DNA of 64,000 nucleotides, from positions 3,710 to 67,709 of IMG/VR virus record IMGVR_UViG_3300033072_001056. One strand, 5' to 3'. A program made the translations under genes and the position numbers. Source of the DNA: a virus. Lineage: Duplodnaviria > Caudoviricetes. The notes under the pieces are model-generated. The model was not told where the DNA came from. It was given only the letters and a program-made list of their open reading frames with translations, and made no database searches. How positions within the stretch are numbered: the first letter of the stretch is position 1; every line of letters starts with the position of its first letter. Positions 54,537-64,000 of this stretch are shown here, piece by piece.

Positions 54537-55037
54537 ATGATTACATTAAAAAAATTACCGAAAGAAGTAGTTGAATTGTTTTTAGCGAGGCTAAAAGACG
54601 AATTGAAAGCATTTCACTTTTACAAAAACGCTAGAAATTGGTGCGCAAACGAAGGTTATTTGATTGCTTCAAAATACTTTGAGAACGAGTCGAATGACGA
54701 ACTTAGCCACGGACAGATACTTGAAGATTTCTTGAACGATTGGAATGAGTTTTATGACGTTCCGCAAATTGACAAAAATCCGTTGACTTTTAAAAACTTG
54801 GCAGACGTGATACAGCAAGCTTATGTTATGGAGTACAAGCTGTATGAAGAATACGAAGATACTTCTGTAAAAGTGTTTAAAATGGGTGATATTTGCGCGT
54901 TTGACATTCTTAAATTCCACAGAGAGGTTCAAAATAAATCGGTAGCTGAATATGCTACTATGGTTAATAAATTGACAGGAGTTGATTTAAGCGACAAATG
55001 CGCTATGCTTTTGTTGGAACCGACATTATTTCAATAA
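54537..55037 (+). CDS. Ferritin-like protein (non-haem ferritin type)
   Basis: ELKAFHFY...W...GY...YF..ESNDELSH; QAY.ME; F..EVQ..S..E. Confidence 0.85.
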   Translation: MITLKKLPKEVVELFLARLKDELKAFHFYKNARNWCANEGYLIASKYFENESNDELSHGQILEDFLNDWNEFYDVPQIDKNPLTFKNLADVIQQAYVMEYKLYEEYEDTSVKVFKMGDICAFDILKFHREVQNKSVAEYATMVNKLTGVDLSDKCAMLLLEPTLFQ

Positions 55038-55050
55038 CAAAATTTAAGCT

Positions 55051-58000
55051 ATGGCAAATCCTTGTGTTTATACCTATAAAGGTAAAGATTATACTTATGA
55101 TGAATTTGCGACATTGATGCACGATGGAGAATTGGCAAATTTGTCAAATTCAGGTGCTATAAAAGGCGATTTTCTTAATTCTATGCCAAAAGAATTGACA
55201 TCTGTTAAAGAAACTGTTTCTGATACGCCTATTGCGCCAAAAGAAAACGACGAGGTTATTTTAGATTTAAAAATAGCAAAAAAAACACCAGAAAAGTTTG
55301 TTGTTGATAAAATTTCTGAATTAAAAAAAGAAATTTCTTCTGTTAAAAGATATATTTCAAACGCAAAAAAAACAGGCAAAAATTTAGATTTTATTCAAGT
55401 TTGGGAATCATCAATTGCTGATGCTAATTCTAAAATAGAATTTCTTAAAAACGAAAAACAAGCCTCTATAGACAAATCTATGTATTCATCAGAAAAAGAT
55501 GAAAACGGAAATAATTTATCAAAAAAATACTCTAAAGAATTAAAAGACACTAAAGTTAGAAATGAAAAAGGGCAAATAATTCCTGTTTATCACGGGACAA
55601 ATTCCGAATTTGATGTTTTTGATAAAACAAAAAGAAGCAATTATTCAAGCGGAGCCTTTGACATTGGAAACTATGGGTACAACTTCAGTTCGAATATTGA
55701 AGTGGCAAAATCTTTTCAAGGAGGAGTTAAAGGTCAAGTAAAAGAAGTTTATCTTGATATTAAAAACCCGTTAATTTTAAATTATAAAGAATTAATAGGT
55801 AAGCGTCAATCAGAAGTAAAGGATATGGTTGACAAAAAATTAAAAGAAGGAGAATACGACGGAATTATAATTAAAAATGCTAACGAAAAAGGGTTTTTAG
55901 GAGATAATTATATTGTTTTTGATTCAAAACAAATTAGAAATTCTTTTGATGATTCTACAATTGAACAAATAAATGAAACACAAACGCAAGGAGATGTTGT
56001 TGCTGATGGAAACATTCGACCTACAACTGAGCAAGTCGGAGAAGTGGCTGTTACAGAACAACCAACCGCAAAAGTTACTGAAACAAAAGTTGTGGAACCC
56101 ACCGTTGAACCTAGAGCAAGTAAAGGATTTACTGATGCAAAAGTAATCAATAGAGATTACGCTAAAATAAAGGCAAAATTAGGAGACAAAAAAGCAAAGC
56201 AGTATTTTGACCAAGTAGATAAACTTTTTGACCCAAACAATACAGAGGTTGTTGAATATAGGACAAACGGTGTTGTCACTAAACAAGGTGAAGACTTTGT
56301 TTTTAATGCTTTATCAGGAATGGACACTAAAAATTGGCGAATTGCTTTTTCTTCAAACATAAACGAGCAATTTACTGAACCAACCCGCAAAGAAATCCGA
56401 ATAAAAGCAACCGAGGCTAAAATTGACGAAATCGCCAATTCAATAAAAGGACTTGAAAGCGTATTCGGAATTAAAATAAAAGCCGATACAAACGGAGAAA
56501 ACATTCAAGGAACATCTCGTGACCAATTAATTGATTTCATTGCTAAAACCGCCAAGGAAATTGCAAAAACAGGAATCACAATTGACGAGGCTATTCGTTC
56601 TGTAATTTCCGAATTGAAAAAATCATACGACGTCGATATAGAAATTGACGAGGTAAAAAAAGTTGCTGAGCCGGCGCAAGAACCAAGAGAAACTTTTATC
56701 GCTGAAAAAGGCAAACATTCGGTGCTATTGAGATTATCTAAAGGGGATAATCCGCAAAGAGAAATTGACGCTATCAATCGTGCTGATTTTGATTACGATG
56801 TAAGAAATCAAGAAAAGGTAAACAGAGAGGCAGAAAACTTCGTAAAAGACGTTGGTATTTCTCAAGCTTACAAAGCGCTTAAAGAAGGCAAGATTGAAAA
56901 GTTTGATACGGTAGCGTTAATTTACAACGCAATACTTCAGCAAATGCCAAAAGACCACGATGCGCTAATTTCAGAAATGACAAATGAAGACGATATTATG
57001 AGAGCAGAAGAAGCGTATGCTAATGAATTTGCTCAAGTAAGTAAAGATTTTTCTGTTTTTGAAACAAGAATGGGTCAAGGTATTTCAGTAATGAATTACA
57101 TCTACAACAAAAACGAAAACATTCGATACGAATTGTCTCGTCAAAAAGAAGCCTACAAAGCATCAAACAACGGTGTGATTCCGCAAGATGTTTTGGAGAA
57201 ATACGATAAAGCTTCAAAAAGACTTGAAGAAGTAAACAAACTCATCAAGGAAAAAGAAGTGGAACTTGCTGAAATTGAAAATACTGTTTTGGTTCAAGAG
57301 ATTGAAAAATCAATAAAACGTCAAAAACAAACGGCTCAGAAATCAAAAACTTCTTTAAGCGAAACGGAATTAAAAAGAAAAAGACAATTGTCTAAGAAGT
57401 TTTTTAGAGCCAACGACATAACTTCTTTTGCTACAATACTTTTAGACCCAGAGTTTAGAGAATATCTTGGATTAAGTTTTAAAGAAGCTAAGGGAGATTT
57501 AGAAGCTTTTACTAAAAGGGTTTTAAAAGAGATAGGAAATGCTTACAAACCACACATTTCTGAAATGTTTGATGTTGCTAATGAAGCAAACGAACAATCA
57601 CAAGCAAATAGCATAAAACTTTCAAAAGATGGAAGAATAACTGTTCCGAAATCGGTTGTAGAAAACTTAATCGAAAGAGGTTTTGATAACATTAATTCCA
57701 TATCCGAAGAAGTATTGAGGATTATGAAAGAAAAACATCCGGAACTTACTTTAAGACAGGTTAAGGAGTCTATTGTAGGTTACGGGCGTGATGTTTCTAA
57801 GACAAGAACGGATATTGAAATTGAAATTGGCAGATTGAAAAGAATCGGTCAATTGGAATTGGAGATAGAAGATTTGGAAAATGGAATCGTTAAAGTTAAA
57901 AACGAAAAAAAGCAAATCCAGCAATCTTCAAAAATTCAAGATTTAAGAGCAAGAAAACGACAATTGGAAGATGAGTTAGGTATAACCGAAGAAAAGCGAA

Positions 58001-59643
58001 CTGAGCGAACAAAAGGATATGCCAAAAGAAGAATAGCCGAATTAAAGAAACGTATTTCTGAAGGAGATTTTGCCAAGAAAGAAGTTAAGCCAGTAAAACA
58101 AGACGCAGAGCTTAGAAGACTTCGTATGGAAAAAATTGAACTCCAAGAAATCTTTGATAAAGAAAGATACAAGTTGGAGTTGAAAAACAGAAGCAAGGCA
58201 AGAAAGTTGTTTGACAGTATGTTTGATATTTTAAACATAAAAAGAGTTGGTCTTACCACGGGGGAGTTTTCACCAATGTTTGTTCAAGGTGGAGCGCTTA
58301 CGGTTAGAAATATACTTAGAAACCCAAAACAATTCTTGGCAGATTTAAAAACAATGATGAAGTCAATTGCTAGTACTGAATACTACAAACAGACGGAGCA
58401 AGACATTAAATCATCTGATATTTTTGATATTATCCGAGATGCGAAATTAGGAATAGTAGAAACCGACACTAAGCAATCCGCCAAGGAAGAATTGTTCCAA
58501 CATCAAATATTAGAAAGCGTTTTTGATTACGGCGCCGAGCAAGTAGTCAAGTTAATAAAGCCTCAGCTAACCGAAAAATACGGAGAGAAAAGAGCAGAGG
58601 AAATTGCCAATAATATTGAAAAGATAACCAAAGAATACGTTTTAATACTTAGACCATTTGAAAGAGCTAACAACGCTTATATGAACAGTCTTCGTTACAA
58701 CAGATTCAAAGAGGGTGTAGAAATGTTACAAGCAGAAGGCAAAAACCCTATTGATAACTTAGAAGACTATAAAAGAGTTGCAAGTGCAATTAATACCTTG
58801 ACCGGGCGTTCTAATTTAGGCGCGCTTGAACAATACAAACAAGGTCTTGGATTAATATTCTTCTCCGCAAAACTAATGGCTTCTACTTGGCAAAAAGTAA
58901 ATCCTATGCACTATTGGGCGCTTCGTGATTCTGAGAATTGGAAAAAACCAAGTGTTGCTCAGAAAATGCTTTTTGTTGACGCTTTAACTCATTATGCTTT
59001 TATGGCAAGCGTAACGTTATTAATGAAAGCAGCTTACAATGCTATTAAAGACGATGATGAAGAAGAAGCAACAGTAGAAATTGATCCGCGAAGTTCTGAT
59101 TTTATGAAATTCAAAGTTGGAAATGCGAGATTGGATTATTTTGGTACGGGATTAGCGCCATTTGTTTTGTTTTCAAGATTATACACAGAAGAAGTGATGA
59201 AAGCCGATGGCCAAGTATATAAAATGGGCGAATCAGGAACAAAGTCAAGAGGAGAATATGTTGGAAATTACTTCGTAAATAAGTTAAATCCTCTTACGGC
59301 CGGCGTTTACAAATATGCAAACACTACCAAAAAAGAATTCGAAGGAGAAACCTTCAGAGAAGATGATTGGGGCAGAGATTTTGATTACGTTGATTATATG
59401 ACTGATATTATGCCTATCATTTACGGAACTGGGAAAGAAGTGTTAGAAGAACAGCCAAATTTATTTGGCGGGCTAATTATGCTTCAAGCAGCATTTGGAG
59501 TTAACCCTAGTGTCTATGGAAATGAAGACAAAGGAATAAAAAACGAGCCTGATTTAGACGAGCAAGGAAACCCAAGAGAAAAAAGTAATTTTCGACAAAG
59601 ACCAACTCGCCCAAGTATGCCGAAAAGACCTGAAAGACCATAA
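55051..59643 (+). CDS. Large polyvalent ejection protein with an ART-PolyVal-like ADP-ribosyltransferase domain
   Basis: VYHGT...F..FD...GYNFS...VAKSF...EVYL.IKNP...YDGIII.N; C-terminal DPRSSDF.K motif. Confidence 0.65.
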   Translation: MANPCVYTYKGKDYTYDEFATLMHDGELANLSNSGAIKGDFLNSMPKELTSVKETVSDTPIAPKENDEVILDLKIAKKTPEKFVVDKISELKKEISSVKRYISNAKKTGKNLDFIQVWESSIADANSKIEFLKNEKQASIDKSMYSSEKDENGNNLSKKYSKELKDTKVRNEKGQIIPVYHGTNSEFDVFDKTKRSNYSSGAFDIGNYGYNFSSNIEVAKSFQGGVKGQVKEVYLDIKNPLILNYKELIGKRQSEVKDMVDKKLKEGEYDGIIIKNANEKGFLGDNYIVFDSKQIRNSFDDSTIEQINETQTQGDVVADGNIRPTTEQVGEVAVTEQPTAKVTETKVVEPTVEPRASKGFTDAKVINRDYAKIKAKLGDKKAKQYFDQVDKLFDPNNTEVVEYRTNGVVTKQGEDFVFNALSGMDTKNWRIAFSSNINEQFTEPTRKEIRIKATEAKIDEIANSIKGLESVFGIKIKADTNGENIQGTSRDQLIDFIAKTAKEIAKTGITIDEAIRSVISELKKSYDVDIEIDEVKKVAEPAQEPRETFIAEKGKHSVLLRLSKGDNPQREIDAINRADFDYDVRNQEKVNREAENFVKDVGISQAYKALKEGKIEKFDTVALIYNAILQQMPKDHDALISEMTNEDDIMRAEEAYANEFAQVSKDFSVFETRMGQGISVMNYIYNKNENIRYELSRQKEAYKASNNGVIPQDVLEKYDKASKRLEEVNKLIKEKEVELAEIENTVLVQEIEKSIKRQKQTAQKSKTSLSETELKRKRQLSKKFFRANDITSFATILLDPEFREYLGLSFKEAKGDLEAFTKRVLKEIGNAYKPHISEMFDVANEANEQSQANSIKLSKDGRITVPKSVVENLIERGFDNINSISEEVLRIMKEKHPELTLRQVKESIVGYGRDVSKTRTDIEIEIGRLKRIGQLELEIEDLENGIVKVKNEKKQIQQSSKIQDLRARKRQLEDELGITEEKRTERTKGYAKRRIAELKKRISEGDFAKKEVKPVKQDAELRRLRMEKIELQEIFDKERYKLELKNRSKARKLFDSMFDILNIKRVGLTTGEFSPMFVQGGALTVRNILRNPKQFLADLKTMMKSIASTEYYKQTEQDIKSSDIFDIIRDAKLGIVETDTKQSAKEELFQHQILESVFDYGAEQVVKLIKPQLTEKYGEKRAEEIANNIEKITKEYVLILRPFERANNAYMNSLRYNRFKEGVEMLQAEGKNPIDNLEDYKRVASAINTLTGRSNLGALEQYKQGLGLIFFSAKLMASTWQKVNPMHYWALRDSENWKKPSVAQKMLFVDALTHYAFMASVTLLMKAAYNAIKDDDEEEATVEIDPRSSDFMKFKVGNARLDYFGTGLAPFVLFSRLYTEEVMKADGQVYKMGESGTKSRGEYVGNYFVNKLNPLTAGVYKYANTTKKEFEGETFREDDWGRDFDYVDYMTDIMPIIYGTGKEVLEEQPNLFGGLIMLQAAFGVNPSVYGNEDKGIKNEPDLDEQGNPREKSNFRQRPTRPSMPKRPERP

Positions 59644-59646
59644 AAA

Positions 59647-59675
59647 CAAAACCCTCATATTACTGAGGGTTTTTT
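59647..59675. terminator. Bidirectional terminator
   Basis: AAAACCCTCA-TATTAC-TGAGGGTTTT. Confidence 0.8.
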
Positions 59676-59727
59676 GGTGTTACTACTTCGGGGTCTAATA
59701 CTTCGATTTCTTCAATTGGCGGGTTTG

Positions 59728-60246
59728 TCATTTTTCAACTGTTTTAGAATTGGCGGATTCGTTAGATTTTAACTGAGGAAACATTTTTTCAATAAATTCT
59801 ATCTTGTCTTTCGTCTTGTAAAAGTAAAGTTTTTGAAAAAGCAAAAGATAATTACTTAACATTGGCGCCGGATTTTCTTTCATTAAAACGCATTTTACCG
59901 CCATTTGATGAAATTCCAATAACGAATCTACTAATGCATCTGCTTTTTTATCTTCCAACATATCAAATTTCAGAAGTTCGTCTTTGTTTTGTAATTGCTC
60001 AAACGTTCTTGGCGCAGTGGTGTTTGTAAAAGAAGGGTTTAGCCTTTGTATTTGCTCCATTTCGTGAGGAAACAGGTATCTTGGCGAATCAGCATCTTTT
60101 AAGAAATCAAAATTTCCAAAAATAATTTTCTCTGATTCGCCAATTACATTTTCCACCAAGCAATCAAGCAAAAACTCTCTACGCTTTTCTTTTGAGTCAA
60201 GTCCTTTTAAATAAGCAATTTGCTCGGTATTAAGATTTAAGTTCAT
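59728..60246 (-). CDS. Hypothetical protein
   Basis: ORF track. Confidence 0.55.
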   Translation of the reverse strand: MNLNLNTEQIAYLKGLDSKEKRREFLLDCLVENVIGESEKIIFGNFDFLKDADSPRYLFPHEMEQIQRLNPSFTNTTAPRTFEQLQNKDELLKFDMLEDKKADALVDSLLEFHQMAVKCVLMKENPAPMLSNYLLLFQKLYFYKTKDKIEFIEKMFPQLKSNESANSKTVEK

Positions 60247-60261
60247 AATATTCGATTTAAG

Positions 60262-60462
60262 TTAATTTTTCTTTACTGACGTGTGTTCTAAAAATTTAGA
60301 AAGAGTGAAATTTTCATAATGTTCTCGAATTCTTTTTCCAATAGCCGATTCTTTAACTTTAAATATAAATTCTCTGCTAATGCACGGAGTTTCAAGTATG
60401 AATTGTTTTTGAGCAATTTCACGCTTAAAATCCTCTAATTCATTTACATTCTTACTTTCCAT
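60262..60462 (-). CDS. Hypothetical protein
   Basis: ORF coupled to the integrase stop. Confidence 0.5.
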   Translation of the reverse strand: MESKNVNELEDFKREIAQKQFILETPCISREFIFKVKESAIGKRIREHYENFTLSKFLEHTSVKKN

Positions 60463-61705
60463 TTTCCCAATATTTTTGAAGTTTGTCAGCGTGTTCTTTT
60501 TTCGTTGTCTGAACGTATTTTAGTAGCATTGACGGATTTGACCATCCAAGTACTGCCATTATAGAATTATCCGGTATTTTACCGTATAAATTAGACGCCA
60601 TTGAGCGACGGCAAATATGCGTGGTGAATAATTCATATCTCTTGTAATACCCGATTTCTTTTCTTTTAGTTTTGGAATTCCACTTTTTACCATAGACTAA
60701 ATTGTCAAATCCGCAAATCATCCCAATAGTCTTTATTGCTTTCCCAAATTCATACTCATTCATCTTAGGCGGTAATTGACCAAATCGACTTGCTATAATC
60801 TCCTTTACAATTCTGTGCAATGGTATCACTACTTTAGTCTTTGTTTTTTGAGTAGTAATGGTAATGTAGTCATCTTTGATATTCGACAAGTCTAATCTCG
60901 TTAAGTAATCAGACACACGAAGCCCAGTAAATATACCTATCAATAAATTGTCTTTGGCAACTTGAAGTTTTTCGTCAAAACTAAAATCGGTAGTGTAAAT
61001 AACTTCTACTTCTTTTTCATTCAAATAAACACCGTCAATATCTTCTTCTTTTTCAAGGTAGATTCTTTTGTTGTAAGCTGATGATATTTTGATTCCTTTT
61101 TCACTTGCACGGTTGCAAAAGAATTTCAATCTGCCGATAATTCTGTCAATGGTAGAAACGTTGTAGTCAAGATGTTCTTGGAGATAATTGACAAATTCGT
61201 AAAAATCGTCAACATCAATATCCTTCATCAAAATTTTTCGATTTGTAAATCGTTCAAATTCAACAAGCAAACCCACGGCATTTTGATATTGACCAAGCAT
61301 TGTTTTACCGATTACTTTGTTATGAGATACCTTCCAAGCCTTACCATCTGTTTTTAACCATTCATTTGCAAATGCGGATAAGTAAATATTTGCGTCAGAA
61401 TTGACTAATTTCTTTTCTCCCGACGGTCTGTCAAAAACATCTGAGATAATCGATTGTAGCCAACGTTTGCCAATGATTTGTCCTGTCACATAGCTATTGT
61501 TGTATTCTGATAGTATGGTTTTCTTTAATTCGAGAAGTTTCTCGTTCACAATTGGCGAATTCGTCAATAATTGCAGTTCAGAATCCCAACCATCAGCCTC
61601 CACAAATATCTCAAGCGCACAAGAAATATCCAAGTCTTTTTTCTGACATCGGACAATAACTCTCGATTGCTTTTTGGTTTGGTAAAGTTTGAAAGATACA
61701 TTCAT
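60452..61705 (-). CDS. int: Tyrosine recombinase / phage integrase (Bacteroidetes type)
   Basis: TGLRVSD, QKT, THICRRS, LGWSNPSMLLKY catalytic motifs; ATG at 61705. Confidence 0.9.
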   Translation of the reverse strand: MNVSFKLYQTKKQSRVIVRCQKKDLDISCALEIFVEADGWDSELQLLTNSPIVNEKLLELKKTILSEYNNSYVTGQIIGKRWLQSIISDVFDRPSGEKKLVNSDANIYLSAFANEWLKTDGKAWKVSHNKVIGKTMLGQYQNAVGLLVEFERFTNRKILMKDIDVDDFYEFVNYLQEHLDYNVSTIDRIIGRLKFFCNRASEKGIKISSAYNKRIYLEKEEDIDGVYLNEKEVEVIYTTDFSFDEKLQVAKDNLLIGIFTGLRVSDYLTRLDLSNIKDDYITITTQKTKTKVVIPLHRIVKEIIASRFGQLPPKMNEYEFGKAIKTIGMICGFDNLVYGKKWNSKTKRKEIGYYKRYELFTTHICRRSMASNLYGKIPDNSIMAVLGWSNPSMLLKYVQTTKKEHADKLQKYWENGK

Positions 61706-61715
61706 AATTACTGAT

Positions 61716-61889
61716 TTACTTTTTGATTTCAAATTGTTTTCTCATAGCAAGAATTACCTGCTTGAAATTTTCTTTTTGTTTGCTTGGAACTTGAATAGAT
61801 AAAATCACACCAAAATCGTCAATATAAATTGTTGGTCGGCCGGCATTTGATTTTTTTTCAGCTCCTTTATTCGTGAGTTGTTTGCCCAT
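61716..61889 (-). CDS. Small basic protein with AGRP motif (57 aa, not in ORF track)
   Basis: MGKQLTNKGAEKKSNAGRPTIY...LSIQVPSKQKENFK. Confidence 0.5.
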   Translation of the reverse strand: MGKQLTNKGAEKKSNAGRPTIYIDDFGVILSIQVPSKQKENFKQVILAMRKQFEIKK

Positions 61890-62580
61890 TGTTAAATTCT
61901 TTTATTAGTTTATCCAATCCTTTTTTCTTCAATACAAATCGTTTTGTTTTAATATCTCTGCGATTTATGGTGATTATTTCGTAAATTGTCTTGGCATATC
62001 CCATTTCTTCTGCATAGCGAGTTGATGATGTTCCATTGGTTTCTTTCACGGTCTTCCATTTCTTTCTTTCCAATAATCCGCAAAGAGTTGTTCTGCCGAT
62101 ATTTAAAATATCACTTACCGAATCAAGAGTGTAAGTGTTGGCCGAATCAATTACATTTTCAAAAGCGATTACCTTTGGCGCTTGTTCAGAAATCAATAAA
62201 GATTGTCTTTCGATTTGCTCCGCTTGCTCACTTGCTAATCTTAGCGCTTCGGAATAAGTTTGGGGTATTCTCGGTGTTTTTGACTCTAATTCATTTAATC
62301 GATTTAAAACACCCTTACGGACTGTTCTGCTTTCGCTCATCAGCATTAACATACATTCGTCTTTTGGCAAATTGTAGCATTTATATACCTGATTATTAGA
62401 CGCTTTGTATTCACTACGAAATTTTTCACAGTCATCATCAAGCTCTTTTTCTATTTTCGCCATAAAGTCGATGTGGCGAACCATAGTAGAGTTACCTTCA
62501 AATCTTCGATATTCATTAATAACATCTACTAATTGAACACTACTCATAGTCGTTTCCTGCTTCGGAATTAAATTATTCAT
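61867..62580 (-). CDS. Rha-like / antirepressor protein with KilAC domain
   Basis: TMSSVQL...H.DF..KI; PQTYSEALRLA...QAPKV. Confidence 0.8.
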   Translation of the reverse strand: MNNLIPKQETTMSSVQLVDVINEYRRFEGNSTMVRHIDFMAKIEKELDDDCEKFRSEYKASNNQVYKCYNLPKDECMLMLMSESRTVRKGVLNRLNELESKTPRIPQTYSEALRLASEQAEQIERQSLLISEQAPKVIAFENVIDSANTYTLDSVSDILNIGRTTLCGLLERKKWKTVKETNGTSSTRYAEEMGYAKTIYEIITINRRDIKTKRFVLKKKGLDKLIKEFNNGQTTHE

Positions 62581-62655
62581 ATTGTTTATATTTAAAATTC
62601 TCTACAAAGATATAAATAATTATAACAAATACAAATAAATTATAAAAAAATGTTT

Positions 62656-63027
62656 TTAAGCTATTTTAATAGTGAATTCTATTCTCGGATTTTCTTTGTC
62701 GATAAACTTACGGGCGTGGATTAGTGAGCAATTATTATCGTTCTTGATGACTTTTGACTTCTGTAAGCAGTCTAAAACGACTTTGAAACTATTGTCTAAA
62801 TCAGACCTTTTTGATGGGTAAAATACGTCAATATAAAACTCAAAAGGCACGTCAATCATTAAATCTCTTAATGAGCCGACTTGCCAAAAAAATGATTCTT
62901 CGTATTTTTTGAGTGTTGTAGTCTTTGCTAATGATGCGTGTTTGCCAAGTGTTATAATCTTATAGCAATTGCTTTTTGAAGGAGTATTGCCTAGTATCTT
63001 GGCCGAATATTCTTTTTTCTGTTCCAT
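62656..63027 (-). CDS. rusA: RusA-family Holliday junction resolvase
   Basis: PSKSN; DLDNSFKVVLDCLQ..VIKNDN; NPRIEF. Confidence 0.85.
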   Translation of the reverse strand: MEQKKEYSAKILGNTPSKSNCYKIITLGKHASLAKTTTLKKYEESFFWQVGSLRDLMIDVPFEFYIDVFYPSKRSDLDNSFKVVLDCLQKSKVIKNDNNCSLIHARKFIDKENPRIEFTIKIA

Positions 63028-63470
63028 TATTTTTGATTGTTTCTAATTGAATATCCGAGCTTATAAGATTCTTCCGGATTGTCTTCTATCCACAAATGTC
63101 CTTCGTGGCTTACAGCGAGCCAAAAACGAGTATCAAGGTACAATGTTATTCCGCTGTCTCTTGCCCAATCGTCGGCATAGCCTCTGCGTTTTCTTTTATG
63201 GTGTATTTCTGTTGTCGGCCAACCGGTTATAGGGCAAATTTTATTTTCCGGCCGAGACAAAAATTCTTCGCGCAAAACTCTATACTGAGCGTCTTCTTTT
63301 TCTCTTTTGGCCGAAACTTTATTTATCGGCCGGAGCGATTTTAATCTCAAATCAATCTTCTTCAAAGCCTTGTGACATTCTTGACTACAAGCGCGCGGGT
63401 ATTTACTGTTTGATTCGATGTATTCGTCACCACAATTTTTGCAATTGGCAAATTTAATTTCGGCCGACAT
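63027..63470 (-). CDS. NinG-like / HNH-type recombination endonuclease
   Basis: CxxC...C...C zinc motif; CPITG...EIHHKR...WLAVSHEGH. Confidence 0.65.
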   Translation of the reverse strand: MSAEIKFANCKNCGDEYIESNSKYPRACSQECHKALKKIDLRLKSLRPINKVSAKREKEDAQYRVLREEFLSRPENKICPITGWPTTEIHHKRKRRGYADDWARDSGITLYLDTRFWLAVSHEGHLWIEDNPEESYKLGYSIRNNQK

Positions 63471-63642
63471 AAGGAACTTTTGATTTTATTTCTGTTTTGT
63501 AGATGTTTCGACGAGTTTCCTTGGCAAGTTGCTCGGCTTTTTCGTCAGATTCCGCAATGACAGTAGTTGTCATAAATTCTTTTTCGTCATTACCATGCCT
63601 AAACCAGCATTCAATGGTGTAAGTAAATAATTTTGTTTTCAT
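63454..63642 (-). CDS. Hypothetical protein
   Basis: ORF track. Confidence 0.55.
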   Translation of the reverse strand: MKTKLFTYTIECWFRHGNDEKEFMTTTVIAESDEKAEQLAKETRRNIYKTEIKSKVPYVGRN

Positions 63643-63998
63643 AAGTTTTCGTTTTCTAATAAGTCAAATATACTTACTTGGCTTTGTTTTGATTGATTGC
63701 TTATTTCTAAGGCTATTTGAAATATTGTTTTACCGGCTTCGTAATCTACTAAATTTCGAGCTATTTTTACTTTTGGTTGTTTTCCTTGGTAATTTTTAAA
63801 ATCGTAATCATGAAAATCACATAAGTTTTTAAATTCATTTTTGCCCCTTTCAATAGCTACATCATGTCTATTGCTTAAAGTATTTGGCAATAAAAAATTT
63901 GCCCAATATAAATGACGTCCTCTTTTATTTGCATAAATTAATGTTTCGTAATATCCTGATACGTTTTCAACAACAAATTTACCCTTATAAAAATTTTG
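63639..63998 (-). CDS. C-terminal part of a DNA (cytosine-5) methyltransferase (5' end outside the window)
   Basis: Frame open to the window edge: KGKFVVENVSGYYETLI...RGRHLYWANF...RNLVDYEAG (motif VI ENV). Confidence 0.65.
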   Translation of the reverse strand, partial: QNFYKGKFVVENVSGYYETLIYANKRGRHLYWANFLLPNTLSNRHDVAIERGKNEFKNLCDFHDYDFKNYQGKQPKVKIARNLVDYEAGKTIFQIALEISNQSKQSQVSIFDLLENENL

Positions 63999-64000
63999 AA

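Noticed and set aside
56770-56800. RADFDYD in the 1530-aa protein as a virion RNA polymerase DxDxD motif
   Set aside because: The context is helical and charged with no double-psi beta-barrel-like sequence around it; probably chance. Structure prediction would settle it.
59644-60460. attP site near the integrase
   Set aside because: No core sequence with flanking arm repeats or tRNA-end duplication could be identified by eye.
63639-63890. 83-aa standalone ORF as given in the track
   Set aside because: The frame stays open to the window edge and contains methyltransferase motif VI, so it is the 3' part of a longer gene.
1-64000. Stop-codon recoding as in some crAss-like phages
   Set aside because: Long genes are intact in the standard code and no CUA/UCA suppressor anticodon is present.

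Overview
The window is most of the genome of an AT-rich Bacteroidetes (Flavobacterium-like) tailed phage, probably temperate. The host assignment rests on many TTG-N18-21-TAnnTTTG promoters. Gene content: a lambdoid-type replication/recombination module (initiator, SSB, exonuclease, RecT, RusA, Rha/KilAC, tyrosine integrase, C5 methylase fragment); a leftward cluster of small early genes; a divergent non-coding control region; anti-defence/host-takeover genes (Hc1-like, DUF2829/Tad2-like, GroEL/GroES); a lysis cassette; and a crAss/phi14:2-like short-tail virion module (TerL, portal, capsid, ring/muzzle, ejection proteins). The standout is a 2.5 kb island between terL and portal with 24 tRNA genes forming a one-per-codon-box decoding set, split into three arrays. 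Each array is preceded by a 23-24 codon leader ORF and a terminator/antiterminator pair. The central codons of each leader are the codons read by the tRNAs of its own array, i.e. trp-like attenuators that would switch on phage tRNAs when the matching host tRNAs are depleted. A separate Lys-rich minigene controls a hairpin switch that overlaps the tRNA-Lys acceptor stem, and several tRNAs have atypical architecture. All calls were made by reading the sequence; no searches or folding programs were run.
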